Origin: an uncultured delta proteobacterium
GTDB lineage: Bacteria; Desulfobacterota; Binatia; UBA9968
Assembly: GCA_963727625.1 (NCBI GenBank)
Contig: CAVSHR010000004.1
Span: 1,024,001-1,088,000, forward strand
Length of the DNA: 64,000 nt
Direction of reading: 5' to 3'
A model generated the notes under the pieces. It was given only the letters and a program-made list of their open reading frames with translations. It ran no database searches and was not told the origin of the DNA. Positions 1 through 10,558 of the stretch are shown piece by piece (position 1 is the stretch's first letter; every line of letters begins with the position of its first letter). Position numbers and translations under genes: made by a program.

Positions 1-2
1 CC

Positions 3-608
3 AATTTCATTCCCGACATCAAGAAACTGCCGCTCTACGAGTGGAAGAGCCGCGGCGGAGGCGGCACCAACGCTTTCATGGTCATGGGCGCCGGCATGAT
101 GGAGTCCCATGTGTCGCGCTTCGAATCCGGCCACTACAAAAAAGCCCACCGCCACGGACCCGGCGCGCATCTGTACATTACCGAAGGCGAAGGCTACGTG
201 CTGACGCAGCGCGGCAACGAGCCGCGCATCCGCTGCGACTGGCAAGAGGGCAGCCTCTATCTTTCCGGCGCGGGCGAAGGTCAGTGGCTGCACCAGCACT
301 TCAATGTCGGCGCCACGCCGGCGACCTACCTGGTGCTGAACCAGGGGCTGTCGAGGAAATACGCGGTCAATCGCTGGCAGGCCCATCAATCCACGGTGCT
401 GCGCAGCGGCGAAGTCAGTGGCAAGAAAGGCGGCTACCAAACCGAATACGAAGACGAAGATCCCGAGATTCACCGTCTCTTCGAGGATGAGCTGCGCAAA
501 CGCAACATCACCTGTAAAATGAAAAACATGGTACCCTGGTGCACCGGCGAGCCCGGCGCCGAGGCGGCCAAAGCGAACTTCCCCGACGAGCACGGAGCGT
601 TCGGATAA
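3..608 (+). CDS. Cupin-domain protein, 5'-truncated by the window edge
   Basis: Frame open from base 3 (NFIPDIKKLPLYEW...); cupin motifs KKAHRHGPGAHLYITEGEG and WLHQHFN. Confidence 0.8.
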   Translation, partial: NFIPDIKKLPLYEWKSRGGGGTNAFMVMGAGMMESHVSRFESGHYKKAHRHGPGAHLYITEGEGYVLTQRGNEPRIRCDWQEGSLYLSGAGEGQWLHQHFNVGATPATYLVLNQGLSRKYAVNRWQAHQSTVLRSGEVSGKKGGYQTEYEDEDPEIHRLFEDELRKRNITCKMKNMVPWCTGEPGAEAAKANFPDEHGAFG

Positions 609-619
609 ACGAAACCAAC

Positions 620-678
620 GTTCAAGCTTCCACGTTCAAGAGTTCAAGGTGTGGGACAGGGACGTTGAACCTTGAACT
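620..678. repeat. Intergenic GTTCAA/TTGAAC short-unit inverted repeat cluster
   Basis: gttcaag x3 followed by ttgaac x2; the same family recurs near 9016, 24165, 27935, 29421, 47139, 51680 and 52672. Confidence 0.6.
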
Positions 679-697
679 GACCGGTGCGAAGGAATCC

Positions 698-2209
698 ATG
701 CACGACCTGGCCCATGACCACGATCACGACGACCCAGAGTCCGGCGCTGAGGAAGAACATCCGCTGTGGAAGCTCGACACGATCACCCTCACCAGCGTTG
801 GCATCGACGTCGGCACGGCGACTTCGCAGATTATTTTCTCTCGTCTAGTGCTGCGCCGCCTCGGACGGGAATTGTCGAGCCGCTTTGCGGTGACTGAACG
901 TCGGACCCTCTACCTTTCCCCTATTCATTTCACGCCTTATGCAGCCGGCCGGGAACGGATCGACGATCAAGCGCTCGGCCGCCTGGTCGACGGCGCGTAC
1001 AGAGAAGCCGGCCTCAGTCCGGAGCAAGTAGACACCGGCGCGATCATTCTAACCGGCGAAGCGATCCGGCGTGCTAACGCTCGCGCCATCGCCGACTTAT
1101 TCGCCGCGCAGCGGGGCAATTTCGTTTGCGCCAGCGCCGGCCACAACTTCGAAGCGCTGCTTGCGGCCCATGGCTCCGGAGCGGTCGCCCTTTCCGCCGA
1201 ACGTCAATGCAGGGTTCTCAACATCGATATCGGCGGCGGCACGACCAAACTCGCTTTGGCAGAGTGCGGACAGGTCCTGAGCAGCGCGGCTTTTCACGTC
1301 GGCGGCCGGTTGCTCGCGACGGACGAGAATGGCATCGTCTTGGTTCTGGAACCCGGCGGACAGTCGCTGGCGCGCCGGGTGGGATACGATTGGAAGGCGG
1401 GCGATCACGTCAGCACAGAGGCGATGGAAAAACTCGCGAGCTACATGGCCGAAGCGGTTCTCGCCCTCGCTCAGCAAGAAAACCCTGCGCCGGAATTCGA
1501 CAGGCTTTGGCTGACCCCGCCGCTCGGTGGCGCCAAGAGCTACGACGCCGTCGTTTTTTCCGGCGGCGTGGGCGAATTCGTTTACGGCAAAGAGTCCAGC
1601 TCTTTTGGCGATCTCGGCGCGCCGCTGGGAAAAGCGCTTCGGCGCCGGATCGGCAGCGGCGCGCTGGCCTGGCCGCTCGCGCCCGCGCGAGAATGCATCC
1701 GCGCCACGGTCATGGGCGCCGCCCAGCACACGATTCAGGTGAGCGGCAACACGATTTACCGTTCCAACGATGCATTGCTGCCGCGGAAAAACCTCCAGGC
1801 GTTGCGCCCCGCCGTCGATTTGAGCACGGATATCGATCCGCCGGCGCTCGCCGAGGCGATCGCGAGTCATTTCAAATCTTTCGACTTGACTGAAGGAGAC
1901 GCCGAAGTCGCATTGGTGTTTCGTTGGGGCGGGCCGCCCGCGGCCGCGCGCATCGCCGCATTCTGCCGCGGCTTGATGGAAGGTCTGTCTCACACGATGA
2001 TGAACCAGCGGCCGATCTACCTCGTCTTCGACCAGGATTTGGCCGGGCTGGTCGGCACCATCCTGAAAAACGATTTCGATCTCAAGAACGATATCCTCGC
2101 AATTGACGGCGTCACGCTCCGCGATTTCGACTTCATCGACCTCGGCACAGTGCTCGAACCCTCGGGCACCGTCCCCGTCACCATCAAATCCCTGGTATTC
2201 CAGTTCTGA
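698..2209 (+). CDS. eutA: EutA-like ethanolamine ammonia-lyase reactivating factor (ASKHA fold)
   Basis: SVGIDVGTATSQIIFSRL, TGAIILTGEA, SAGHNFEALLAAHGSGA, NIDIGGGTTK, ECIRATVMGA, C-terminal VPVTIKSLVF; ATG at 698 after AAGGA. Confidence 0.85.
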   Translation: MHDLAHDHDHDDPESGAEEEHPLWKLDTITLTSVGIDVGTATSQIIFSRLVLRRLGRELSSRFAVTERRTLYLSPIHFTPYAAGRERIDDQALGRLVDGAYREAGLSPEQVDTGAIILTGEAIRRANARAIADLFAAQRGNFVCASAGHNFEALLAAHGSGAVALSAERQCRVLNIDIGGGTTKLALAECGQVLSSAAFHVGGRLLATDENGIVLVLEPGGQSLARRVGYDWKAGDHVSTEAMEKLASYMAEAVLALAQQENPAPEFDRLWLTPPLGGAKSYDAVVFSGGVGEFVYGKESSSFGDLGAPLGKALRRRIGSGALAWPLAPARECIRATVMGAAQHTIQVSGNTIYRSNDALLPRKNLQALRPAVDLSTDIDPPALAEAIASHFKSFDLTEGDAEVALVFRWGGPPAAARIAAFCRGLMEGLSHTMMNQRPIYLVFDQDLAGLVGTILKNDFDLKNDILAIDGVTLRDFDFIDLGTVLEPSGTVPVTIKSLVFQF

Positions 2210-2479
2210 ACCGATGATGACCGATCGAGCCGCGAACAATTCCATTTCGCTTCCTAGAATTCACGTTCGTCATTTCTCGAACGGCGTGATCGATGCCGCC
2301 GATCCATCGCGCGTCATCGCCGAGTTGGATAAGAGCTGGTTTATCAAGACCCTCTCTGTCAGCACGCCGTAGACTGGAAATGAAAATTGGGCTATGGACA
2401 ACTGGAGTGATGGACAGCATTCACCCAATATTCCACTACTCCTACATTGCATCACCCCGATCTCTACTGGGAGGACGAC

Positions 2480-3634
2480 ATGAGCAACATCAGCGGTAAG
2501 TACGCCGTCGTCGGCGTGGCCGAGACCAAAGTCGGCAAACGGCCCGATGCCAGCACCCATTCGCTCCATCTCGAATGCATCAAGGCCTGCCTGGACGACG
2601 CGGGCATCAAAGCATCCGAGGTTGACGGCTTCCTCACCAATCAGCCGCTCAACGATGCGCACCGCAGTTACGCCGTCCGCATGGCCAACATGGCGCGCAT
2701 GCAGCCGAACTACGCCACCGACCTGGCGCTCGGCGGCGCCACGCCGATCGCCATGGTGCAGAACGCGGTCATGGCCATCGAGGCCGGCATGGCGCACACT
2801 GTCCTGTGCGTGCACGCGCGCAAGCGCGCCACGCCTGATCCTTCGCCGGGAAACCCGATTCGCCACGGCGACGAGCACTGGGAAGAACCTTGGGGCCATT
2901 TCTCCGCCGTCGCCAACCACGCCTTCGCCGCCCAACGCCATAGGTATGAATTCGGCACCACCAGCGAAGATCTCGCCCACGTCGCCGTCGCCACGCGCAA
3001 GCACGCCTGCTTGAACAACAACGCCACCATGCGCAAACCGATGACCATCGCCGATCATCAGGCTTCGCGCTTTATCTGCGAACCTTTGCGCCTGTTCGAT
3101 TGCGCGCTGGAATCCGACGGCGGCGGCGCGGTGATCGTGACCAGCGCCGAGCGCGCGCGCGACTTTCCGAAAAAACCGGTGACCATACTCGGTATGGGCC
3201 AGCACCATCCCCACTTCAGTCTGATGGACGCGCCGAGCCTCACGACTCTGGGCGGTAAAAAATCCTCGGAGCTCGCCTACAGGATGGCCGGGCTTGCGCC
3301 GAAGGACATGAACTTCGCCGAGATCTACGACTGCTTCACGATCACGACGATGATCACGTTGGAAGACTACGGTTTTTGCAAAAAGGGCGAAGGCAAAGAC
3401 TTCGTCAAGAATGGCCGCATCGAAGTCGGCGGCGAGCTGCCGGTGAACACCCACGGCGGGCTGCTCTCACAGGCGCATATCGAAGGCATGCTTCACGTCA
3501 CCGAAGCCGTGCGCCAACTGCGCGGCAACGAAGTGGAACCGGAGCGTCAGGTTAAAAACGCCAACGCCGGCATCGTCAGCGGCCACGGCGGCAGCCTGTG
3601 TATGCACGCAAGCTTAATTTTGGGGGCACTATGA
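2480..3634 (+). CDS. Thiolase-family protein (SCP2/lipid-transfer type)
   Basis: AVVGVAET, LFDCALESDGGGA, AEIYDCFT, NTHGGLLSQAH; GGAGG RBS. Confidence 0.9.
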   Translation: MSNISGKYAVVGVAETKVGKRPDASTHSLHLECIKACLDDAGIKASEVDGFLTNQPLNDAHRSYAVRMANMARMQPNYATDLALGGATPIAMVQNAVMAIEAGMAHTVLCVHARKRATPDPSPGNPIRHGDEHWEEPWGHFSAVANHAFAAQRHRYEFGTTSEDLAHVAVATRKHACLNNNATMRKPMTIADHQASRFICEPLRLFDCALESDGGGAVIVTSAERARDFPKKPVTILGMGQHHPHFSLMDAPSLTTLGGKKSSELAYRMAGLAPKDMNFAEIYDCFTITTMITLEDYGFCKKGEGKDFVKNGRIEVGGELPVNTHGGLLSQAHIEGMLHVTEAVRQLRGNEVEPERQVKNANAGIVSGHGGSLCMHASLILGAL

Positions 3635-4065
3635 GCGAGACCAGCGACAACCGCGGCAGACCCGTAAGAAAAGTTCGACCCTTTCTCGAAGAGCTCGAAG
3701 CCAAGCCCTTCTGGGCCCATCTGCGCGAGCACAAGCTCACCGCCCAGCGCTGCAAAGCCTGCGGCAAGTTCTTCACGTACCCGCCGCAGGGCTCCTGCCC
3801 GCACTGCCTCTCGCCTGATTTCGAATGGGTCGAGCTCAGCGGCAAAGGCAAAGTCTACTCCTTCGTCACCTACCACCGCGCCTGGCATCCATCCTACCAA
3901 GACAAGGTGCCCTACAACGTTTCTTTGGTGGATCTCGCCGAAGGTCCGCGCTTAATCAGCAACGTCATTGACTGCGCGCCCGATCAAGTGAAGATCGGTA
4001 TGAACGTGGAAGTCCTCTACGAGGACAACGAGGAGTTTACCCTGCCAAAGTTTCGGCCGGCATAA
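3631..4065 (+). CDS. Zn-ribbon/OB-fold DUF35 thiolase partner
   Basis: QRCKACG...CPHC, VDLAEGPRLISNV, KIGMNVEV; ATGA overlap with the thiolase stop. Confidence 0.9.
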   Translation: MSETSDNRGRPVRKVRPFLEELEAKPFWAHLREHKLTAQRCKACGKFFTYPPQGSCPHCLSPDFEWVELSGKGKVYSFVTYHRAWHPSYQDKVPYNVSLVDLAEGPRLISNVIDCAPDQVKIGMNVEVLYEDNEEFTLPKFRPA

Positions 4066-4139
4066 AATCGCCGGAATGGATGCTAGTAAGAATTTCTCCC
4101 TGCGGTCGAAATGACATCACCACAGGTCGCGGATTAGCG

Positions 4140-6536
4140 TTACTTTATGGCACCTGCTTTCTTTAGTTCCTCAATCCGCTCCGCGCTCAAGCCCAAGATT
4201 TTTCCAAAGACCTGGTCATTGTTGGCACCGATCCAAGGCGCCGGGCGGGCGGCGTCGGCTTTCGAAAACGAAGGGATACCCGGCAAGCCGTGGTGCGTGA
4301 TTTTCCCCCACGGCCGAGCTTCGGTTTCGACGATGTGGCCGCGGGCGCGCAGGTGAATGTCGTAGAACAGCTCCTCACCCGACGACGGAATACCGGCTGC
4401 AACGCCGGCTTCCTGGAGCAACCGAAACACCTGCTTGACCGTATATTTGTGGGTCCACTCCGAAAGTTTTCGGTCAAGCTCGTCGCGGTGCTCTTTTCGC
4501 CCCGCTTTGGCGGCAAATTTAGCATCCGCCGCCCAGGATGACTTGCCGATTAGATTGACCATGTTTCGCCATTCGTCGTCGCCCGCGCAAGCTATGATGA
4601 TCCAGTTGTCGTCGCCCGCGCAGGGATAGCAACCGTACGGCAAATAGGGTTCGCCGAGAATCTCACCATAACCCATGGCGTCCCATTCGTTGCCATTGAC
4701 CGTGTAGTCTAGAATAGCCGGTCCCATCATCGAGCCCTGCGCTTCGAGCATTCCGGCCTCGATGAATTGCCCTCTTCCCGTACGCGTCTGATATTCGAGC
4801 GCGGCGAGCACGCCGAGCGCCATCGTCACCGAGCCGACGCGGTCCGGCCAGGCGATCTTGCAACGGGTTTCCATCGGCGAATCCGGATAGCCCCAGAGAC
4901 GCATGATCCCGGTGTAAGCGAGGAGCTGCCAACCCCAGGCGACCCAGGACTTGAGCGGACCGGTGAGTCCCCAACCAGGCATGACCGCTTGCACGATGCC
5001 GGGGTTGATTTGTTGTAAGACATCGAAACTAAAGCCGAGACGCTCCAGCACGCCGGAGCTAAAATTGTCGACGACCACATCCGACTTCGCGACCAGTTGC
5101 TTGAACAACTCCTTGCCGTCGGCATGGCGCAGGTTGATCGTACAGCCGAGCTTGGCGCGGTTCATACAGGCGTGCACCGCGGCCTCGCGCTCCTTGCTCG
5201 GCACCACCGCAGACTCGATCTTCACCACTTCCATGCCGTAGTAGGCTAGCAGCTCGGTCCCCAGCGGTCCTGCATACTGCTGCGTCAGATCGGCCATGCG
5301 CAAACCGGCGAGCATCGGACGGCGTGCCGAAACGTCATTTTTGTTTTTCGGTACATTGTTAAGCTTCCCTTGAAGTTCACCAAGAATTTCCTCTCGATGC
5401 TGATCCTGCAGCGGCGCGGCGCGGCGCACGCGCATCGGCGTGAGCGACAGCCGCATGGGCGCACCCGGCGCTTTGTACTTGCCGATCACGGGATGGTCGA
5501 TCTCTTGAAACCACTCGCGCTCTAAATTCTGCTCACAATTGACGAATTCACCGATCGTGTTGAGCGGCGCTGCGGCGAGATGGCGTGATTGCGCTTCGCT
5601 AGCAAAATCATCGGCGTTGAATTGGCCGATGAAATCGGCGAACGCCTGGGCGACATCATCGGCATGCTCGTCGCGGTATCTGGGATTTTCCCACTTGGGA
5701 CCGGCGAGAGACTTGTCGGTCATCCAATTCTGCGCGAACTCCTTCCACATATGCGGCATGTTGGTGGTGAAGTGCACGTAGCGGCCGTCCTTGCAGCGGT
5801 AGATATTCGTCCCCGCACCGCCGTAGGCTTTGCCGCCGGGACGGCGCTCGAGCCGGTTCTCGCGGCTGTAGCGCGCGATGGAGCTACTGTTGGCAAACGT
5901 AAGCGCTTCCTGCAGCGACATGTCGATGCGCTGGCCGGCGCCGGTCGCGCGCCCATGGCGAATCCCGGCAAGCGCCAGCATCGCAGCCATGGCGCCAGCC
6001 ATCTGGTAAGCGAGATGGCTCGGCGCCGTGCATTGCCCCTTGGTGTTGTCGCCCTGGCCGAAAAGAAATCCGCCGGTCGCGTTGGCGATGGCGTCGCTGC
6101 CTTTGTAACGGCGGTACGGTCCGGTCCTGCCGAACGGCGTGATCGAGACCACGACCAAATGCGAAAACTCTTCGCTGAAGCTTTGATCGGTGAAACCAAA
6201 CTGATCGAGATAGCCGAGCGCCGTCGCCTCGAGCAGAAGATTCGCCGATGCCAGCAACTTGGCGAAGATCTCGCGATCCGATGCATGCCCAAGATCGAGC
6301 GCAATACTGCGCTTGCCGGTGTTCGCATGCATGAACGTCAAACTGCGCTCGGGATGTTCGATGTTGCCGGCGAAGGGCGGCAGCAGCCGATTAGGATCAC
6401 CACCGGGCGGCTCCACTTTGATCACGTCGGCGCCGAGATCGGCGAGCCAGCGGCTCGCGTAGGAGGCCGGAATATCGCCGAGCTCGATGACCCGAAGATG
6501 ACCCAACGCCCGATCGTCGGGATGAGTATCTGCCAA
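4140..6536 (-). CDS. Family III (CaiB/BaiF) CoA-transferase with two tandem domains
   Basis: LADLGADVIKVEPPGGD and a second LAYYGMEVVKIES...NRAKLG domain; TTG start after AAAGGGGA. Confidence 0.9.
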   Translation of the reverse strand: MADTHPDDRALGHLRVIELGDIPASYASRWLADLGADVIKVEPPGGDPNRLLPPFAGNIEHPERSLTFMHANTGKRSIALDLGHASDREIFAKLLASANLLLEATALGYLDQFGFTDQSFSEEFSHLVVVSITPFGRTGPYRRYKGSDAIANATGGFLFGQGDNTKGQCTAPSHLAYQMAGAMAAMLALAGIRHGRATGAGQRIDMSLQEALTFANSSSIARYSRENRLERRPGGKAYGGAGTNIYRCKDGRYVHFTTNMPHMWKEFAQNWMTDKSLAGPKWENPRYRDEHADDVAQAFADFIGQFNADDFASEAQSRHLAAAPLNTIGEFVNCEQNLEREWFQEIDHPVIGKYKAPGAPMRLSLTPMRVRRAAPLQDQHREEILGELQGKLNNVPKNKNDVSARRPMLAGLRMADLTQQYAGPLGTELLAYYGMEVVKIESAVVPSKEREAAVHACMNRAKLGCTINLRHADGKELFKQLVAKSDVVVDNFSSGVLERLGFSFDVLQQINPGIVQAVMPGWGLTGPLKSWVAWGWQLLAYTGIMRLWGYPDSPMETRCKIAWPDRVGSVTMALGVLAALEYQTRTGRGQFIEAGMLEAQGSMMGPAILDYTVNGNEWDAMGYGEILGEPYLPYGCYPCAGDDNWIIIACAGDDEWRNMVNLIGKSSWAADAKFAAKAGRKEHRDELDRKLSEWTHKYTVKQVFRLLQEAGVAAGIPSSGEELFYDIHLRARGHIVETEARPWGKITHHGLPGIPSFSKADAARPAPWIGANNDQVFGKILGLSAERIEELKKAGAIK

Positions 6537-6664
6537 TTTATCCCCTTTCCCTTAGGTCCGAAGAATATTTATTTACCACGAAGCTCGCAAAGAGCACGAA
6601 GTTTTACGAGTTTAGACTTCCGAATACTTCTTGTGTTCTTCGTGGTGCGGTTTTTCTACCGGGT

Positions 6665-7666
6665 TTACTTGCTTAGATCGACGAGGACCCGCCCGCGTAC
6701 CGCGCCTTTGAGAATCGCGTCGATCTCCGGGTTCAATTCTTCCAGGGAGACTTCCCTGACGATGCTTGAAAGATCGATCTTCCATTCGCCGGCCAGCTTG
6801 CTCCACGCCATTTGGCGCGCGCGCATGGGAATCTCCACGGAATCGACACCGAGCAAGCTCACGCCGCGCAGGATAAACGGAAAGACGTTGACGTTGAGCT
6901 CGTGCGACATGGCATTGCCGCAGGCTGCCACCAGACCGCCATATTTGGCCGTCTTGAGCGCCGTCGCCAAAATATTGCCGCCGACGGTGTCGACGACGCC
7001 GGCCCAACGCGGCTTTTGCAGCGGACGTCCGGAAGTGTCGCTGGCTTCGTCGCGCGAGATAATCGATTTGGCTCCCAGGTTCTTGAGAAAATCATGCTCG
7101 CTCGCCTTGCCCGTCGCGGCAACGACGTTAAAGCCGAGTTTGCCGAGGATCGCCACCGCCACGCTGCCGACGCCGCCAGTGGCGCCGGTCACCAGGACCT
7201 CGCCGGAATCTTTGGTCAAGCCGCTCGCCATCAAGCGAATGAGGCACAGGGCCGCCGTGAGACCCGCAGTGCCGTAACCCATGCTGTCTTTGAGCGACAA
7301 GCCTTGCGGCAGTTTGGTCGCCCAAAGCGCCGGCACGCTGATGTACTGTCCGAAGCCGCCCGACGTGTTCATGCCGAGATCGAATCCAGTGACCGCCACC
7401 TGATCGCCGACCCCAAATAGTTTTGTCGTCGAGTCCGCCACCACGCCGGCAGCGTCGACGCCCGGCGTGTGCGGATACTTTCTCGTGACCCCCTTGTTGC
7501 CGGTGGCCGACAAGGCGTCTTTGTAATTGAGCGAAGAGTACTTCACTTCGATGATCAACTCCCCCGCCGGCAAATCGCTCAACGCTCGTTGCGTGATTTC
7601 GCGCACAAAAGTTTTTTCCGCCGTCTCCGAAACCACCATCGCCTTGAAACTCTGCGGTAAAGTCAT
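6665..7666 (-). CDS. acuI: YhdH/AcuI-family NADPH oxidoreductase (acryloyl-CoA reductase-like)
   Basis: YSSLNYKDAL, GTAGLTAAL, VTGATGGVGS, PFILRGVSLLGVDSV. Confidence 0.85.
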   Translation of the reverse strand: MTLPQSFKAMVVSETAEKTFVREITQRALSDLPAGELIIEVKYSSLNYKDALSATGNKGVTRKYPHTPGVDAAGVVADSTTKLFGVGDQVAVTGFDLGMNTSGGFGQYISVPALWATKLPQGLSLKDSMGYGTAGLTAALCLIRLMASGLTKDSGEVLVTGATGGVGSVAVAILGKLGFNVVAATGKASEHDFLKNLGAKSIISRDEASDTSGRPLQKPRWAGVVDTVGGNILATALKTAKYGGLVAACGNAMSHELNVNVFPFILRGVSLLGVDSVEIPMRARQMAWSKLAGEWKIDLSSIVREVSLEELNPEIDAILKGAVRGRVLVDLSK

Positions 7667-7890
7667 GCGTTCACTCCTAATCTTTTAAAATAATTGTTTC
7701 TTCCAGCGGTATCCAATCGAGGGGCAAACTGTCAAGGGCCGGGCCACGGATCCACTACTATTTCCGGCCTGCGCCTTGCGCGTTGATTTTGCAAAGAGGG
7801 GAAGAGGAGTTGGAATTGTTTAAACCCCAACGTTCCCGATGCTTGCAATAGCCAAACCATTCGGGGCAAATAGGTTTGGAGGAATGATCT

Positions 7891-9009
7891 ATGGCAACCG
7901 AACCAGGAGCGGGACTCGCGGGCATCATCGCCGGGCACACGGCGATCGCGACGGTCGGCAAGGAAGGCAAAGGGCTGACCTATCGCGGTTATTCGATCGA
8001 CGATCTGGCCGAGCATTCGACGTTCGAAGAAGTCGCTTACTTGCTCATCTCCGGTCGATTGCCCAAGCAAGCCGAGCTCGATGAATACAAATCGAAGCTC
8101 CGTGCTTTGCGCGGCTTGCCCGCGGCGCTGAAGACGGTTTTGGAATTGATCCCGCGCAGTACCCATCCGATGGACGTCATGCGCACCGGCTGCTCGATGC
8201 TCGGCACACTGGAACCCGAAGGACCCGGCCACGATCAGATCGCCGTGGCCAACCGGCTCACCGCCTGCTTCCCCGCGATGTTGCTTTACTGGCACCACTT
8301 CCACCAACAGGGACGCCGCGTCGATACCGAGACCGACGACGACAGCACCGCCGGCCAATTTTTGCATCTATTGCACGGCAAGAAACCCGACGAGCTGCAC
8401 CGGCGCGCCCTCGACGTGTCGCTGATTCTCTACGCCGAACATGAGTTCAATGCCTCGACGTTCACGGCGCGGACCATCGTCTCCACCCTGCCCGACTTTT
8501 ACTCGGCGGTGACCGGCGGCATCGGCGCGCTGCGCGGTCCGCTGCACGGCGGCGCCAACGAGGCCGCCATGGAGTTGATCGAGCAGTTTGCGAATCCCGA
8601 CGACGCGGAAAAAGGTCTGATGGATATGCTTGCCGCCAAACAATTGATTATGGGATTCGGCCACCGCGTGTACAAGGTCTCCGACCCGCGTTCGGATGTG
8701 ATCAAGCCCTGGTCGAAAAAACTCGGCGAAGCCCAGGACGACAAGCGACTTTTTGCGATCTCCGAGCGCATCGAGCAAGTGATGCGGCGTGAGAAAAAAA
8801 TGTTTCCCAATCTCGATTTCTATAGCGCCAGCGCGTACCATTTCTGCGGCATTCCGACGGCCATGTTCACGCCGATCTTCGTGATCTCGCGCATCACCGG
8901 GTGGTCGGCGCATATCCTCGAGCAGCGTGCCGACAATCGCTTGATCCGGCCCAACGCCGATTACGTCGGCCCAGAACCGCGCCTCTTCGTGCCGGTGGAG
9001 AAAAGATAA
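7891..9009 (+). CDS. prpC: 2-methylcitrate synthase
   Basis: [34 protein letters not shown]; adjacent to prpD and prpB. Confidence 0.92.
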   Translation: MATEPGAGLAGIIAGHTAIATVGKEGKGLTYRGYSIDDLAEHSTFEEVAYLLISGRLPKQAELDEYKSKLRALRGLPAALKTVLELIPRSTHPMDVMRTGCSMLGTLEPEGPGHDQIAVANRLTACFPAMLLYWHHFHQQGRRVDTETDDDSTAGQFLHLLHGKKPDELHRRALDVSLILYAEHEFNASTFTARTIVSTLPDFYSAVTGGIGALRGPLHGGANEAAMELIEQFANPDDAEKGLMDMLAAKQLIMGFGHRVYKVSDPRSDVIKPWSKKLGEAQDDKRLFAISERIEQVMRREKKMFPNLDFYSASAYHFCGIPTAMFTPIFVISRITGWSAHILEQRADNRLIRPNADYVGPEPRLFVPVEKR

Positions 9010-9076
9010 CAGCCGTTCAAGGTTGGTTCAAAAGTTCAATCGCCCTCGTCCAACCTTGAACTCTTCGAGAAACAAA

Positions 9077-10513
9077 ATGAGCGATTCAGTTTCAAATATT
9101 CGCCCGGCACCGGACGAAATTCTCGTCGAGCTGGCGGAATATGCGGCAAATTATGTTTCGACCAGCCGCGAAGCCATCGACACCGCGCGTTACAATCTTA
9201 TGGACACGCTCGGCTGCGGCCTGCTCGCGCTTCGCTATCCTGAGTGCACCAAACTGCTGGGGCCTGTGGTTCCCGGCGCCACATTGAAAAATGGCGCCCG
9301 CGTCCCCGGCACGGCTTGGCAGCTCGATCCGGTGCAGGCCGCGTTTAATATCGGCGCGGCGATTCGCTGGCTTGACTTCAACGACGCCTGGCTCGCCGCC
9401 GAATGGGGCCACCCGTCAGACAATCTCGGCGGCATCCTGGCGCTGGCGGACTATTTAACTCGCGCCGGAGAGAAATTATTGACGGTCAACGATGTGCTGC
9501 AGTCGATGATTAAAGCACACGAGATGCAGGGAATCTTGGCATTGGAGAATAGTTTCAATCGCGTCGGTCTCGACCATGTTTTACTCGTTCGGGTTGCCAC
9601 CGCCGCCGTAACCACCGCCATGCTCGGGGGCACGCAAAAACAGATCATCAATGCGCTGTCCAACGCCTGGACCGATGGCGGCGCGCTACGCGTTTATCGC
9701 CACGCGCCCAACACCGGACCGCGCAAGTCCTGGGCTGCGGGGGATGCCACCAGTCGCGGCGTGCGCCTGGCGCTCATGGCGATGCAAGGAGAAATGGGTT
9801 ATCCGTCGGCATTGACGGCTAAGCAGTGGGGCTACTACGACGTCTTGTTCAAGGGCAAACCGTTCAGCCTTGGCCGCCCCTTCGGTTCCTATGTCATGGA
9901 AAACGTGCTGTTCAAAATTTCTTTTCCTGCCGAATTTCACGCGCAGACCGCCGTGGAGTGCGCCCTTCAGCTGTACGATCGGGTCAAAGGGCGATTGGAT
10001 GAGATCGACAAAGTCACGATCACCACGCAGGAATCCGCGATCCGGATCATCGACAAATCCGGCCCGCTGGACAATCCCGCCGACCGTGATCATTGCATCC
10101 AGTACATGACCGCCATCGGTTTGATCTTCGGCGAATTGACCGCCGACCACTACCAAGATGAAGTCGCCAAAGACTCGCGCATCGATGCCTTGCGCGCAAA
10201 AATAATCTGCGTCGAGGATCGGCAGTATTCGAGGGATTATCTCGACCCGAATAAGCGCTCCATCGCCAATGCCGTGCAGGTATTTTTTAAAGATCAATCA
10301 AGCACGGAAAAAGTTGCCGTCGAGTATCCCATCGGTCATCGACGCCGGCGCGCGGAAGGCATACCACTCCTGGTAAGAAAATTTGAAACCAACCTGGCGT
10401 CGCGCTTTGCGCCAGAGCAATGCGAAACAATCCTGCGCCTATGCGCCGATGCCGAGGCCCTTGGCGCAACCCCGATCGACAAGTTCACCGATCAGTTCGC
10501 GAAATCAGGCTAG
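9077..10513 (+). CDS. prpD: 2-methylcitrate dehydratase
   Basis: [55 protein letters not shown]. Confidence 0.95.
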   Translation: MSDSVSNIRPAPDEILVELAEYAANYVSTSREAIDTARYNLMDTLGCGLLALRYPECTKLLGPVVPGATLKNGARVPGTAWQLDPVQAAFNIGAAIRWLDFNDAWLAAEWGHPSDNLGGILALADYLTRAGEKLLTVNDVLQSMIKAHEMQGILALENSFNRVGLDHVLLVRVATAAVTTAMLGGTQKQIINALSNAWTDGGALRVYRHAPNTGPRKSWAAGDATSRGVRLALMAMQGEMGYPSALTAKQWGYYDVLFKGKPFSLGRPFGSYVMENVLFKISFPAEFHAQTAVECALQLYDRVKGRLDEIDKVTITTQESAIRIIDKSGPLDNPADRDHCIQYMTAIGLIFGELTADHYQDEVAKDSRIDALRAKIICVEDRQYSRDYLDPNKRSIANAVQVFFKDQSSTEKVAVEYPIGHRRRRAEGIPLLVRKFETNLASRFAPEQCETILRLCADAEALGATPIDKFTDQFAKSG

Positions 10514-10558
10514 GGCCTGGCGCGCAAAACAAAATTTAACAATAATCCGAGGTATCCC

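Noticed and set aside
2214-2372. Short ORF ending ...DPSRVIAELDKSWFIKTL, resembling the tail of a solute-binding protein
   Set aside because: Too short and lacks an RBS; at best a remnant that I cannot support.
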